Origin: Lepidodermella squamata
Lineage: Eukaryota > Animalia > Gastrotricha
DNA: 64,000 bases
Direction of reading: 5' to 3'
Assembly: GCA_047495785.1 (NCBI GenBank)
Contig: JBLDXI010000029.1
Coordinates: 1,860,001 to 1,924,000, forward strand
Shown: positions 11,980 through 23,240 of the stretch, piece by piece
How the letters are laid out: each line of letters opens with the position of its first letter
How positions within the stretch are numbered: position 1 is the first letter of the stretch
Notes under the pieces: generated by a model
The model's database searches: none
Told to the model about the DNA's origin: nothing
The model's input: the letters and a program-made list of their open reading frames with translations, nothing else
Translations under genes and position numbers: made by a program

Positions 11980-14196
11980 ATGATTTGCGTATTGATATTG
12001 ATGATTTCCCAGCAATTGGAATTAGTCCACACATCGAAACCGTATCGTATAAAAATGCTGTCTATGCTTCCTCTAACTGGCTCTGAACCTCTGACATTCA
12101 AGTCTTGCGCCGCCACACAACAATTGGTCATCGATTCGGCCAACAGCAGAGGCGACATATTACCAAAATATCACATTGAATTGGACATTCAAGACGAAGG
12201 CGCTGTATCAACTAGAGCCCCAAAAACTGCGATTCAATTCGCCCAGAAGAATTGGCAAAATTCAATTGACAACACAACGATTTCTCCGATTGCTCTTGGA
12301 ACCCTTTACACACCAGGATGTGTAGCTTGGGGTCGACTAGCCAGCCAGGTTGACATGGTAATGCTAGCATTCAGCTGCACAGTTCCTTCTCAAACAGCTC
12401 GGCGAGATTTATATCCGAATATGTATCGTCTGAGGTCTTCGCTGCAACTCGCGTTATACGCTCGCATTCAATTCATCAAAACCATCGCGAAATGGCAAAA
12501 GATGGGCATTGTCTTGAATATGGATGGCAACAGCCTGTCATACGAGGTCGCAACTTTGTTTTACGATCTGAGTTCTAAAGCTGGAATCACAGTTACAGCG
12601 CTAGAAGCACTCACGGAGTCTAATGATGATGTCTTGCTGTCGATGAAGAACGCCGATATCCGAATCTTCAGTTTTGAAGTAGGAGTTTTCCCTGCGATTC
12701 CGCTGATTTTGTGCCGCGCTTACAACCTTGGCATAAGGGGACAGAGGTATATGTTTATTTTTGGCATGAATGCCTACAGTTTGCCGACGAGTTTCCCGCA
12801 GTCTTTTTACCCATCATGGTGCAGTCAAGAGAAATTCTACTCGCAACTCGAAAGAACGTTGCTCTTCGGAGCTCCTTACGATGCTGCGATTCCCCTAAGT
12901 GGAGTCACTAGCCTAGGCCATTCTCTGGAAGACTTCAATCGTATGTATCGAAATATAACTAATGGCACAATCCCTACTGACTTTGCGTTCCGACATTTGT
13001 GCTACGACATAGCTCTTCATGGTGTTATGACTCTTCACGAAACTGAGAAAGAGTTGAATAAGGTGAACCTGACTCTTTCGGATTACTCGAATCAGCCTAA
13101 GCTCGTGGCATCCATCGCAAACAGAACTGCTGGACAAACAAAACTCCGAAATCTGCGTCACGGAGATTTTTCTTATTCAAAGAGATTAGAGGTCGATCAC
13201 GAACCACAGCTTCTCGCTCAGTGGTACCCCACCCGTGGTTTGGTAGCTAGATACGCAATCGCTTACCGAGAGCAAGATTCAAATGGCCTCTTGAACTCGA
13301 GTCTTTACGAAATTATGAACCTAGATCCATTGGAAGACAGTCAAATCCCCAGGGACACACCAGGAGAGGTTCAAATCGACATAGGAATCAACCATGGAGT
13401 TTTCGCGCTAATCGTGGGGTCCAGCATTATGATCTCTGCAGCTTCTTGTGCCTTTCTCGCAAAGAAATTGCATAATCCGATTGAAAGAGTCAGATCGACT
13501 CATTGGTATCACCTTCAAACCTCGATTCATGTATTGAACGCTGCAGCTATTGCTGTTGCTGTTCCAAGTTCGCTTAAAACTGATGTTTCCTGTCAATTTG
13601 GCGTTTTCCTCGCTACAACGAGTGTGAGTCATTTCATTGGCGCGCTCGTTCTTAGTTTGAGAAGATCTTTGACAGAAACTAAACATATGGACCCAAAACA
13701 GTCGATTGGAAGGAATAGCTACGATGTCCATCTCGCTCTAATTATGCCGATGCTTTGCTTGGGAATTTGCACAAGTTGGGCAGTTGTTGATCCATTGAAG
13801 GCTTCGTATAGTGACGGCAGCGATTCCCGAGTTTACAAAGAAGAATTCGACACGTACATACGATATACTTACAACGCTTGCAGCTCGATGAAATTTTCCA
13901 TGCATTTTCTGGCTTCGATTTTGATCATTGACACCGGGCTATTACTTGTTGGTGCAGCCATTGCACTGAAGCTGCGTTCTTATCAGATTGTCCGCCGAAA
14001 TCCTGAGGCTATACGCTTGTTAATCCTTTTCATCGTTACGTTCTCACTCCATTTTGGAGATGCTGCAGTAGCTTTCATGTCGTTTTCAATGGCCATGTTG
14101 GAAATGACTATATCAATCGGACTACTACTGTTGTCTTCTCTGTCTGCTGTCATTCTGAACTTGAAGATCACAGCCAACAACAGCATCAAGTACTAA
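11980..14196 (+). CDS. Class C (GABA-B-like) GPCR, copy A' (close paralog of 4977-7211)
   Basis: ATG 11980 gives MICVLILMI, the same start as copy A. The N-terminal VFT is almost identical to copy A; the 7TM is present but much more diverged. Confidence 0.88.
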   Translation: MICVLILMISQQLELVHTSKPYRIKMLSMLPLTGSEPLTFKSCAATQQLVIDSANSRGDILPKYHIELDIQDEGAVSTRAPKTAIQFAQKNWQNSIDNTTISPIALGTLYTPGCVAWGRLASQVDMVMLAFSCTVPSQTARRDLYPNMYRLRSSLQLALYARIQFIKTIAKWQKMGIVLNMDGNSLSYEVATLFYDLSSKAGITVTALEALTESNDDVLLSMKNADIRIFSFEVGVFPAIPLILCRAYNLGIRGQRYMFIFGMNAYSLPTSFPQSFYPSWCSQEKFYSQLERTLLFGAPYDAAIPLSGVTSLGHSLEDFNRMYRNITNGTIPTDFAFRHLCYDIALHGVMTLHETEKELNKVNLTLSDYSNQPKLVASIANRTAGQTKLRNLRHGDFSYSKRLEVDHEPQLLAQWYPTRGLVARYAIAYREQDSNGLLNSSLYEIMNLDPLEDSQIPRDTPGEVQIDIGINHGVFALIVGSSIMISAASCAFLAKKLHNPIERVRSTHWYHLQTSIHVLNAAAIAVAVPSSLKTDVSCQFGVFLATTSVSHFIGALVLSLRRSLTETKHMDPKQSIGRNSYDVHLALIMPMLCLGICTSWAVVDPLKASYSDGSDSRVYKEEFDTYIRYTYNACSSMKFSMHFLASILIIDTGLLLVGAAIALKLRSYQIVRRNPEAIRLLILFIVTFSLHFGDAAVAFMSFSMAMLEMTISIGLLLLSSLSAVILNLKITANNSIKY

Positions 14197-15581
14197 GCTT
14201 CAACCAATGTGCTTGCATGTTGTAGAACTAGATTGTGATAATGGTCAATTCGGGCTATTGGTGAAGAAAGTCTTTTCTGTTCTAGGTACAAATAATGTTT
14301 CAATCTCATTTGTTCAAAAATTTCCGAAGTTGAATGTTCGTCATTTCGTAAACTTTTTAGTAAAATTCAGTTCTTGGACCCGATACATAACGATCAAATT
14401 GTAAAAAAAACTCATGGGAGAGCTCATTCGGCACGTGGCTTAGAAGACACACGCAGCTCCCCGAAAAGTCGGCTGAAGAATTCCTGACCCCTGCTACAAA
14501 TAGTTCTGATTTTTCAGGCAGAGAGACAGTAGGAAGGCCTCTTTGTTAGTTTTTCAGCGCATCTCAAATCTCAAGAACCTCGTGACTTCAATCCAAAATA
14601 TCCTCCTCGAAAACTTATATTTAACGGCGTCAATCCTAAAGTTAGATCAGTATAGGAAAAGTTGGGAAATATCGATTGGGAAAATTAGCCGTATCCCTCA
14701 CCTGGCGAGCAATGTGAGTCATATCCAATATCCAATCCATCAGTCCATCATATCCAATAATTTGCAGGCGAATTTCACTTAGCGTACAGATGTTTCTCCT
14801 GGGCATTTTGTCTGTTGCAACGCATTTGAGCTCGCTGGTAGCAGCAGCCAATCTACAAAAAACGAATCGTATGAAAGTTTTGTCGTTGCTCCCGGTCGCA
14901 GACGTCATTTGACGCAGCTCGACAAGGCATTTAATTTCAGCGGCGTCACTTTGGCATCCGTGGCGCAGCTATGTCTCCAATTGCTCTAGGCACATTAGGA
15001 ACGCCTGGCTGCAAAGCCTGAGGCTCTACGGCTCACTACATGGATATGGTGTTGATTGCGACGAGCTGTACGGCAACTAGCCAAACTGCTAGAAGAACCA
15101 CATACCCTAACCTTTATCGAGTCCGCTCAGCCTACGACTTGACCCTGGTTGCTCGCATGCTCTTCATGCGCACCATAAGCAAGTGGAATAGAATCAGTTT
15201 AATCGTCGATCGTCGACATAGACGCAAACTCATTCGATTACGATTCAGGTAGCTTATTCTACGCCCTAGCGTCGAAATCAGGCTTTCAAATCGCCTCTTT
15301 CGTAGCAGCAAATGACGTTAGCGATGAGTTATTACGGAGCCTGAAACGATTAAGAATTTTAAGATTTAAGAATTTTCGCAATCGAGACGGGCGATGGTTT
15401 CTTTCTCATCAAGTTCATATGCCGCGCCTACGAAGCTGGGATTCGCGGGACAAAATATATGATTGTAGCCAACCTCGGCATCTTCGGCGACCCGAATCTT
15501 TATCCAGAGTCGTTCTTTCTAGCTAACGGTTGCCGTAAATCTGTCTACCTCGAGCAGTTGGAAATTAGCTTGTTTCTAGGT

Positions 15582-16189
15582 CGCTAGCGTTTCGGTATAA
15601 CTATCCATTTGACGGTAATTATTTTACCGCAGCACGCAAACAAGGTCACCTCAATGCTTGTGCGGTAAAACGAACGCCGCCGCGTTTGTAAATTTTTACC
15701 GCACGCGGCGTTACTTTTACCGTAGCAATTGCGCCAGTTACTATTTAACGTAAGCTTTTGTCTTTCCACTTACTGTACGGATGACACGGCGCGCGCAAAA
15801 AGCATGCTGCATAATATGAGCCATGGGGGAATCCCGCGCGCACACCATGGTAATGCGTCATTTTATTTTTATAACACTCTAAACCAACAGGCAATTTTTC
15901 TGTTATACTCAAGCGGTTGCGTAACACGCTCTATTGTAAGAACGCGATCCAAGACGCGAGCGGCTGCGCGCTCGTACCATCAGATCTGCGCGCAGTTCTG
16001 ACTCCTTTATTTCTATTTCTCCATAATATGAGCTGAACTTACCGCAGAAAAAATAAGTTTACCGCGCGCGAGTATATGTATGCTTCAGAGTCGAGGTAGT
16101 GCCATTTACGGTAAATTGTTTACCGCAACTAGAGAACAATGGCGAGATGGAGTTACCGTCAAATGGAGAATTATACCGAAACGCTAACG
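15582..16189. mobile_element. Non-autonomous DNA transposon (MITE), 608 bp, ~37-bp TIRs, 4-bp TSD AGGT
   Basis: Left end CGCTAGCGTTTCGGTATAACTATCCATTTGACGGTAA; right end reverse-complements to CGTTAGCGTTTCGGTATAATTCTCCATTTGACGGTAA. AGGT at 15578-15581 and 16190-16193. Excision restores LFLGTSIPLIVPP. Repeated internal TTTACCGC motifs. Confidence 0.9.
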
Positions 16190-16834
16190 AGGTACATCTA
16201 TCCCGTTGATTGTACCACCTGCAGTTACAGATGAACTTGGCTTCACTTTCGCAACGTATAACGCCGCTTTTGCTGCTTTTTTTAACTACTCAATTCAAGG
16301 CGATGCTTATATAAATTGGTTGGCGTACGAAGTTGCCATGGTTGGAATCATGGTCCTGGACAAAACTGAGAAGTTACTTCGAAGACAAAACCTCTCGTTA
16401 CTTGACTACCATTCTTACCCAGAAAAGGTTATGCTGGCTGCAAATGAGAGCAGTAGAACGATTCGGATCAAAACACTACGCCAGGGTCTGTTCCGCTACT
16501 CGGAAAGAGTTGAACTTGATTACGAGCCTCAAAATGGGATGCAAAAGCGAGATCTCTCAAGCCGAGGTATCTGGTCACCATGAAAGAGAACTCGACGCAA
16601 TATACAGATATGAACGCATTCACTTTGGAAGCAATAGAGCCTTTCGATTTAGAGTCATTACCAAAGGATGCAGCTTTAGAGGTGGCAATCAAGGGCGGAA
16701 TTCCTCTGGGTTTCTATGTATCTTTAGTTAGTGTTTCAATCGGATTATTCCTGATACAACTAGGAGTAGTAGGGCGGTTGATTCATGCCAAACCGAACAA
16801 TTTGGAGAATACATTATGCAACGATGATTGTCGG

Positions 16835-17163
16835 GGCTTGTGGTGTAGTGGTATAGCCTCTACATAGCTACGCAAGCCCTAGAGAGCGAGGTTCGATTCC
16901 CGGCGACAGCAGTCGTTGCGGAAAAAAATCGAACTGGATGAGCGTCATCTACCATCCACTCGCTTTCGGGCCTGCGGTCGACCAAGCCGCTAGAAATTGG
17001 TACCGCTCTGCGGGTAATGGGCTGGAATGCTGCGAACACCTGGCCCCGGATCCAGCATGCATACCTCGGTATGGGTTCCAGTTTACGCTCAGGGCCTAGA
17101 AAAGGATATGAGCGCCTCAGTATGTTCCGAAAGGAATTTGCTCCCATTAATATTATTATTATT
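16835..17163 (+). mobile_element. tRNA-derived SINE, 329 bp
   Basis: Pol III A box (TGGTGTAGTGG, ~16841) and B box (GGTTCGATTCC, ~16890), (ATT)n tail, 15-bp TSD AACGATGA(T/C)TGTCGG at 16820-16834 and 17164-17178. Excision restores IHYATMIVGFFALNAG (paralog IHYSAMLVGFAALNAG). Confidence 0.92.
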
Positions 17164-17919
17164 AACGATGACTGTCGGATTTTTCGCATTGAACGCTGGT
17201 TCGCTTACAGTCTCAACTCCGTCACGATGGAGGACAGATTCGGTTTGCCAGGCTACTAGTTTTGTCGTAGCATTCGCTATATTCTTCACCCTTTCATCCA
17301 TTGTCCTTCGTTTAACGGAGTTCGCCAAGTTTTTCAGGAAAAACAAAATACAAAGATCATCTGGGCGTTATCCTTGCAATGTAAAGCCGATAATTCTGCC
17401 AGAAGGTCGAATTTTGCTCAAATCAGCGATTTTTGCGATATTTGCCATTGCAATAGAGATCGCATGGGCTCTAGTCGATCCTCTCCAGGCTGTTAACAAT
17501 GAGAGACTCTGGTCAAGGTTCTACGATCCTGTTCAAGACGCTTACGTTGAAACTTTTGCTCGGTCCTGTCGATCTAAATGGGAAAACAACTGGATCATAG
17601 CGAATGTGGCAATGATTTTCGCTGTTCTCCTAACCGGGTTATTTTACGTTTTTAAACTTCGCGCTAATCCTCAACTGATTCTTTATCCAAGGGTGAAACG
17701 GTACCTGTGCGCCATAGTAGCGGCTCTTTCCCTGTTCATTGCTGTTATTTTGTTGATCTTTATTTCGCCGACGAGCGTCATGTTTGAGATTTCACTAGCT
17801 TGTGGGCTAGTTTGCATTTCACTTTGTTTGTTTTCGCTACTCTTCATTCGATTGCCTGAACAGCCTGTTCCAGAGTCACTTCGGAATTTTCCTTTTGCTC
17901 GTATGAGCAACGACAATAT

Positions 17920-18108
17920 CGGTAGCGTCGTTGAATAACTCGGATTTAGGCTTGTTTACATCCGTTTGAAAGTGAGAGGTGACAAGTAAAAAGTATTTTT
18001 CACTTTTGCATCCTAATTCCCGTTGAAAACCCGCTTTTTTACTTGACACCTGTCGCCTTGAAATGGATGTAAACAAGCCTAAATCCGAGTTATTCAACGA
18101 CGCTAACG
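17920..18108. mobile_element. Short hairpin MITE, 189 bp, ~75-bp TIRs, 4-bp TSD ATAT
   Basis: CG(G/T)TAGCGTCGTTGAATAACTCGGATTTAGGCTTGTTTACATCC occurs in inverted orientation at both ends. ATAT at 17916-17919 and 18109-18112. Same CGNTAGCGT terminus as the 15582 element. Confidence 0.88.
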
Positions 18109-21100
18109 ATATTGCGAGGCAATCGGCGGCGATTTTAAAGTGAATATTTTTCATGGGGTTTTATGCTGCTTTGTTGTGTCACCCTGTCCTTATGAAAAAA
18201 CATCATTTAAATTCCTTGGGGAAATTTGGATTGAGTACAAGCTTTTTAAGAATTATTAATTGTTATAAAGCTGACACCGATTAGATTATTTTTGTTGAAA
18301 AAACATGTTATTCATATATCGACCCGGAAACGCAGCCGATAAATAAAGTTTTTTCCTTCTTTAGAGGGTCCGAAAAAAACTGGAGTTAAGCGTTCACTCC
18401 AACCCCGACGTTAAAAAAACTTGAAAAATAATAAATAAAATAAAAAAGAGTAAAGAGTCCATGTCCAAGGCAAAACGGCAAGAAATCTGGAATTTCTATC
18501 GAGCTGGGTAACACATTATTTTGAATAAATGCTTGGTGTTGGTATTTTTCAATCAATTCGAGAATTTTGGATCTCGGTTGTTAGCTGCGCTATAATTATA
18601 ACCGCGGTCAAGCTGTCCATACTGCTTTTTTCAATGCACAGCAATCAGCAACGCAAAAACACGCTAGCTTTTCCTCACATTGCAATAAAAATGAGAGGCC
18701 GGTTTTATTGCCCCTGCGTCTGGGCAGCAAGTCGTAGTGAGACTTGTTATAAATGAGCTGATAAATAGCAACCAAAAGCCACGCCCGGAATTATTTTAAA
18801 AAGCTCGACACACAAATTCGATATTTTCATTACATCGATTGTAGGAGGTGAGATCTTTCATGGAATCTTGAGTTTTCTTTTAATAACAGTTCATAATCTC
18901 CTATTCCCATCACTACACATCTCTCAGCCTCCTCGTCTCATATTTTGCTCCCTTTTTTGCGAGTAAGAAATTGCAAAGAAATTTCAAAAAAATCCGCCTT
19001 AAAAAGGGCGAAATGGGCAGTTTTCTCATTTTTCAAATTAATTCCTAGCGGATTTTTGTCATCGCTAGTTTGAGGTTCAGGGCTGTGTCGTTTGTTCAGG
19101 GTTACTTATAGGCATTTTTCGATGATTTAGGCAAGCTTGGCGAAGGATTAGATAATTGTTGAATCGATGTCGTCATTTTCTAGATTTTTTTTATTTTTTT
19201 TTCATACAACTAATTATTCTATTTCCAGGTTTGAAAAGGTGTGCACAATGTTCGAAAATTTCTAAATTTTAAATTTTAAATTTCTAAATTTTAAATTCGA
19301 GGCTTAATCATATCATTTTTCCAAAATTCGAGTTCTGCGTCTTCACTTTTTTTATCGCCCTTATCCTATAATTTTCCGTATTACGTGAGTCTTGTGGCTG
19401 GGCGGTCAGTCAACAGCCCTTGAGAGTCCATATCGATTCCAAGTACGTACGTAAATACGTGATTTTATTTTTCAACCGGCTAGGAACCCAAATTTGATAA
19501 ATTTTCAAAAAATATTTTGCAGGACCTATTTTTAAAATTGGGACAGAACGCAAACTTGACAAGTCTCATTTTCAAAATATTTCCTTCAATTTCACAACTG
19601 AAAAAAGTGGAAAGTGGAAAGTTGAAAGTGGGTGCCAAGCTATTTTGCTAAAACCACGGATAATTTAAACGTAATTTATTTAGAATTTTAAAGCAATCCT
19701 GATATTTCAAAAAATTCAGAAAATTCAGTTTTGGAATAAGAATGAATTTATTGAAAATTTGATCAACTCACATTTGAGTCATTTTTAGTTCCGCAAGAGG
19801 GAATTTCGACTATGCTAGAAATTAAGACCCTAATTTTCTAAATAGCATAGGGCATCATGTAGCTAAAATAATAAATTCCTAACAGCCGTAATTAATTTGA
19901 CTTACCTATATTGAATTTATTGGCAAATCTTGTTTCTGTCATTTTACTTCTCAATTTGTTTATATTTCTAGATTGAATCCTTTAATCATAATTAGTGTTA
20001 AAAAAATCCGTGATCCACTTTCAGACATTTTTTTCCGAAATAATAGAAAAATGTTGATTCATTCGACTTCCTTCCTTAATGAATCATCTCTGTAAATTTA
20101 AGTCGTTAATGCAACAATGGAGAATTAAATCGGTAAAAACCTGCTAATCGCCTCATTTCCTCTAATTACACTTATGCTCTCAATTGAATTAACAAATTCT
20201 CCATTTTTTTAGCCCAATTGCTCCTCCCTCCAGCGCTTTTCTGTCGTCTTTAGCGAGGATCGTTCATCTTATATCGATCGAGTCAAAATAATAACTCCAA
20301 AGCACGTGTTTCTCGCGCGATAGATTGCCCATTTAACCAGCTGTGGCGGCGTGCGTCGATTTCTCGGCAAATAATGCACTGACAGCTGATGTTATCCGCG
20401 CGCATAAGCTGGCCGCGATAATAATTCCACAGCTATTTAGCATTTTTCTGCGGAAATTAGCCAAAATCAGCTAATATTCCGTATATATCTAATCTATTAC
20501 AAGTTCGCATCGTTATCAGTCTCAATATTGTACTTTGGCCTTAGCCAAATTGCCATGCCGTACTCCTTTTCGGTATTCAGCTTTCATCTAGTTACATTTG
20601 TCCAAATCCAAATGGCCAGTAGGCGAAAAAATCCAAGGGCTAAAGTTCACTTTGTATGGCGCATAGGTGGCGCCATTTTTTCAACATATGAATCCATTCA
20701 TAAAACTATGTATATTATCAAGTAAGTTTTGTGTTTACAACATAAGGCGAAATGTTCTTCTTGACGGACATATTCAAATTATTACTCAAACTATACTGTC
20801 CACGCTGTACAGCAGCGATTCATGAAGAGGCTGTTCGCTAGGATTTTAAGAATGGAAAACTTTTTTGTTAATGGACAGCTCGCCTCCAGTGCGCGCGCGT
20901 TTTCTCTCGTAAATAATAGCAAAAATATAGTATGATTAAAACAAAAGCCGCGCACTCGACAAAAAGCCCGCTGCTGTCTGTAACCGTTGCTGGTACCCGT
21001 TGCTGCTTGTGGTGGTGGTGGCATGATCAAAGCCTACACGCGCGCGCATACAGGTACGGCTCTCTATTGTCGCCGCGCAATTCATGCGTGGGCAGACGGA

Positions 21101-21380
21101 GGAGCTTTACTACACACTGGCGTTTGTGTGTTTGTATACTGCTATCATTATACATGCTGCTGATGACAAGCGGCCATGCAAAAAATTGTTGTGAATGGAG
21201 CGCTCTGTATGTGTTCATAATCTGCGCACTTCTTATCCTATTTAGGCTCGATCATTTAAAGGCCACAACCTTTGTTTGACTAGTCGCTCGCTCGTGTTAC
21301 GTGGGCACGCCCTGAAAACCACTTTCAGTTCCTCCTCGAATACATTAAGCCATTCCGCATTTTTAGAGAAATTAATCATC

Positions 21381-22819
21381 ATGACAGAAAAACCGGTCAA
21401 GGTCTACTCTCAGAAGATATTGGACGATGAGATCAAAAACGGCCGGTGGTTGTTGATTTTCGAATCGAAGGTGTACGACGTAACATCCTGGGCGCATCGC
21501 CACCCCGGCGGGCCTCTTCTCATCCAACACGTTATCGGCAAGGATGCTACAGATCAAATTCGCGTCAATCATTCCGAGGAAGTTATTCGGAAGATGAAAG
21601 TCTTCTGCGTCGGCACGATTGGTCCCGATGTTCAGAATTGCAACATGCCGCTATCGATGGCCTTCCGCAAGCTGCACGAAGAACTTACCGAGGAAGGATA
21701 TTACAAAACTGACTACGGATTTTTCGCGATTCAATACGCGAGGATTTTCGCCCTCTTTTTCCTATCCCTTTTCATTCTCTACCAATGGCACCATACCTTT
21801 TTGGGATGTTTCGCCTCGGCGTTCGTTATGGGATGGTTTTGGCGTAAGTTGAAATCTTGCTAAAGATGACTTTATTTTAAGAATATTTGGTTATCTAGAG
21901 CAAAGTGCGTTTATCGGCCATGATACCGGCCACAATGGAATAACCCACGACCGGTTCGTGGACACCCTGGTCGGCATTGTTCTTGGAAATACCCTATCTG
22001 GAATTAGCATTGGCTGGTGGAAGGGGTCTCACAATGTCCATCATTTGATAACGAATGACCCAGAGCATGACCCGGATATTCAGGTATGATTCAGATTTTC
22101 TGACCTAGATTCCTGTGAAATTAGGACATTTTTAGCATTTACCATTTTTGGCTGTTTCAACTCGATTTTTCGACTCGCTTCATTCAACGTTCCACGGCCG
22201 GAAACTGCATTTCGACTTTTTGAGTCAAATGATGGTTGCGATTCAGCACTTGCACTACTTCCCGTTGATGATGGTTGCGAGGGGCAATCTTTACATTCAA
22301 AGCTTCATCTATCTGGCTAAACACAAGACTTACATGCGTTGGCTCGAAGTCGTTTGTCTATGCTTGTACTGGGTTTGGTTCGTCAATTTACTCCTCGCGA
22401 TTCCCGAAACGAGCCATCGCGTCATGTATTTCTTCGTCTCGCTCATTTCTTCCTTCGTACTGCATCTTCAGATTAACTTATCGCACTTTGCCATGTGCAC
22501 CGAGCCGCCTGGCGAGGATGAAGTGTTTATCAAGCACCAGTTGCGGACAACTTTGGACGTTGAGTGCCCGGAGTGGTTCGATTGGTTCCACGGCGGGCTG
22601 CAGTTTCAAGTGGCCCACCATTTATTCCCTCGCATTCCGCGTAATAATCTTCGCAAAACCCGTGATAGAATCGTGCAGTTCTGCAAGCGACACAACTTGG
22701 TTTACCACTGCAAAACCTTCACCGAGGGCAATGTCTTCGTGCTAAAACACCTCAAAAGCATCGCCGACCAGGTGCAATTTCTAGCTCAGGTTGCTATGGA
22801 GAACAAGCAAAAGATTTAA
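21381..22819 (+). CDS. Cytochrome b5-fused front-end-type desaturase (delta-8 sphingolipid desaturase-like), 3 exons: 21381-21843, 21899-22083, 22136-22819
   Basis: HPGG heme motif; His boxes HDTGH, HNVHH and QVAHH; GT-AG introns of 55 and 52 bp splice in frame (WQQSAFIGHDTGH; DPDIQ^HLPF). Confidence 0.92.
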
Positions 22820-23240
22820 TACTCTCGTATTTTAATCACTCAATCTTATGTGTTGTATATTGGTTGTGTAACCGTTAATGTTATAATGAACTGTTAAACG
22901 CCCGGACAACGAATCTTCTCTTTGTTTACTGATACCGAACGAGTAGCGTCTGCGTGCCTAATTATGTGCGGTCTTCATGGTCAATAATTATCCGCAACGC
23001 CATATCTATTATGACATGTTTATTCAACTACTTGTGCCTTCTTCGTGCTTCAGCTAAGAGCACGACCGTTTGTACCATACTCGATTTGCGTGACGTGAGA
23101 CAAACCACGTGTATGATTATTTTTTAGAACAAAAGACAAAAAATCGAATTTATTATTGATTCTCTTCCAATAAGAACTTTTCTGATGAGATTTTGCAACT
23201 AATAATATTGTTTTAATTTTTAGATTTTTTAAATGAAAAA

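Larger units (their letters stand above)
14790..18143 (+). pseudogene. Class C GPCR pseudogene, copy B' (paralog of 7725-10037)
   Basis: Colinear with copy B, but has a deletion near 14905, in-frame TAA 14932-14934, TGA 15019-15021 (W to stop in CKAWG), frameshifts (~15210, ~15355, ~16530) and three insertions (15582-16189, 16835-17163, 17920-18108). Removing each insert plus one TSD restores the frame locally; the original stop is TGA 18141-18143. Confidence 0.9.

Noticed and set aside
16835-16910. Possible tRNA gene
   Set aside because: It is the head of a SINE (TSD and ATT tail present) and the cloverleaf stems are degenerate.
17027-17938. 303-aa stand-alone 7TM ORF
   Set aside because: Starts inside the SINE and ends inside a MITE; it is a fragment of the B' pseudogene.
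20790-21280. CG-rich segment with weak inverted symmetry (similar character at 59900-60450)
   Set aside because: Symmetry is too degenerate and no TSD was found; it could be promoter sequence or an old MITE.
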